Assembly (NCBI GenBank): GCA_963788055.1
Contig: CAWBFA010000005.1
Coordinates: forward strand, 233,783-297,782
Source of the DNA: an uncultured Actinomycetes bacterium
GTDB lineage: Bacteria; Actinomycetota; Thermoleophilia; Gaiellales; Gaiellaceae
DNA: 64,000 bases
Reading direction: 5' to 3'
Position 1 is the stretch's first letter; every line of letters starts with the position of its first letter. Under the pieces are notes generated by a model. The model made no database searches, was not told where the DNA came from, and was given only the letters and a program-made list of their open reading frames with translations. Below are positions 63,597 to 64,000 of this stretch, piece after piece. The position numbers were made by a program, and so were the translations under genes.

Positions 63597-64000
63597 TCGC
63601 GACCTCCGCGCGTCAGCCCCGCTCGGCCGTTTGGCTGCTCCGGCGGTTGCTCGCGGCCGGCGGCGACCTTCGACCAGGGCGGCGACGAGACGCCCAGGCG
63701 CGTGACGAGATAGAGATGCAGCCCGATCAAGAAGAACAGCGCGCCGGGGATCACGAGCATGTGCAGCGCGTACCAGATGGAGAGCGTGTTGGTTCCGATC
63801 TCCGCCCCGCCGCGCAGGAACTGCGCCAGGAAGGGCCCGAGGAACGGGGCGCTGGCGTTGATGTTGACCCCGACGACGGTCGCCCAGTACGCCGTCTGGT
63901 CCCACGGAAGCAGGTAGCCGGTGAACCCCGCGAGCATGCCGGTGATCAGCAGCGCTGCGCCGACGATCCAGTTCAGCTCGCGCGGGTACTTGTACGCGCC
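63593..64000 (-). CDS. qcrB: cytochrome b6-type subunit (QcrB), 5' end outside the window
   Basis: The ORF runs off the window end. YKYPRELNWIVGAALLITGMLAGFTGYLLPWDQTAYWATVVG...IWYALHMLVIPGALFFLIGLHLYLV. Confidence 0.8.
   Translation of the reverse strand, partial: GAYKYPRELNWIVGAALLITGMLAGFTGYLLPWDQTAYWATVVGVNINASAPFLGPFLAQFLRGGAEIGTNTLSIWYALHMLVIPGALFFLIGLHLYLVTRLGVSSPPWSKVAAGREQPPEQPNGRAGLTRGGRE

Noticed and set aside
1-64000. tRNA, rRNA, CRISPR arrays, transposases, integrases, phage or defence-system genes
   Set aside because: I found no repeat-spacer periodicity, no cloverleaf-like or rRNA-like segments in the few non-coding gaps, and no ORF with transposase, integrase, nuclease-ATPase or toxin-antitoxin-like sequence. 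The UvrD-like helicase stands alone, without partner genes typical of defence islands.

Overview
Very GC-rich bacterial chromosomal segment. Gene content, codon bias and frequent 4-nt start/stop overlaps look Actinomycetota-like, but that taxonomic call is inference only. I can support about 60 protein-coding genes and found no rRNA, tRNA, CRISPR array, transposase or integrase. Most long ORFs in the six-frame track are antisense or out-of-frame artefacts of the GC content, so many gene starts were re-placed at internal ATG/GTG/TTG codons next to the neighbouring gene's stop.

Layout:
(1) 0-31.9 kb is a large cell-envelope glycan locus. It holds four GT4-type and three GT2 glycosyltransferases, three large GT-C-like membrane proteins, two Wzy/O-antigen-ligase-like proteins and one Wzx flippase. 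It also holds a UPF0104 flippase-like protein, three SAM methyltransferase domains, a DegT aminotransferase, two SDR dehydratase/epimerases and four ATP-grasp ligases. A TetR-MFS pair and a DUF402 gene are embedded in it.
(2) 31.9-43.7 kb is a co-directional minus-strand gene string: LysR and Fe-ADH, an AT-rich gap, then flavoprotein, Fe-S hydro-lyase alpha/beta, ComA (phosphosulfolactate synthase), CysH, CysC, Sat, DUF4395, a second AT-rich gap, and Sbp-CysTWA. ComA is joined to fumarase-like and fumarate-reductase-like enzymes instead of the known ComB/ComC partners. This is my best candidate for an undescribed organosulfonate pathway.
(3) 43.7-55.4 kb holds a small phosphoglycosyl transferase, a Na+/H+ antiporter, AsnB-DUF354, a heavily decayed secreted-protein gene, a UvrD2-like helicase and a CapD/PglF-like plus DegT pair.
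(4) 55.4-64 kb holds DedA, two secreted enzymes, menaquinone genes (including a MenA-like prenyltransferase with an extra N-terminal domain) and a Bacillus-type split cytochrome b6 / subunit IV-cytochrome c pair.

Cross-cutting observation: between about 20.4 and 53.5 kb, nine otherwise intact genes each need one reading-frame change, eight of them a +1 skip. One further gene needs at least ten. I saw none in the first 20 kb or the last 10 kb. This is either localised indel error in the assembly or real gene decay, and it must be resolved before any pathway inference.
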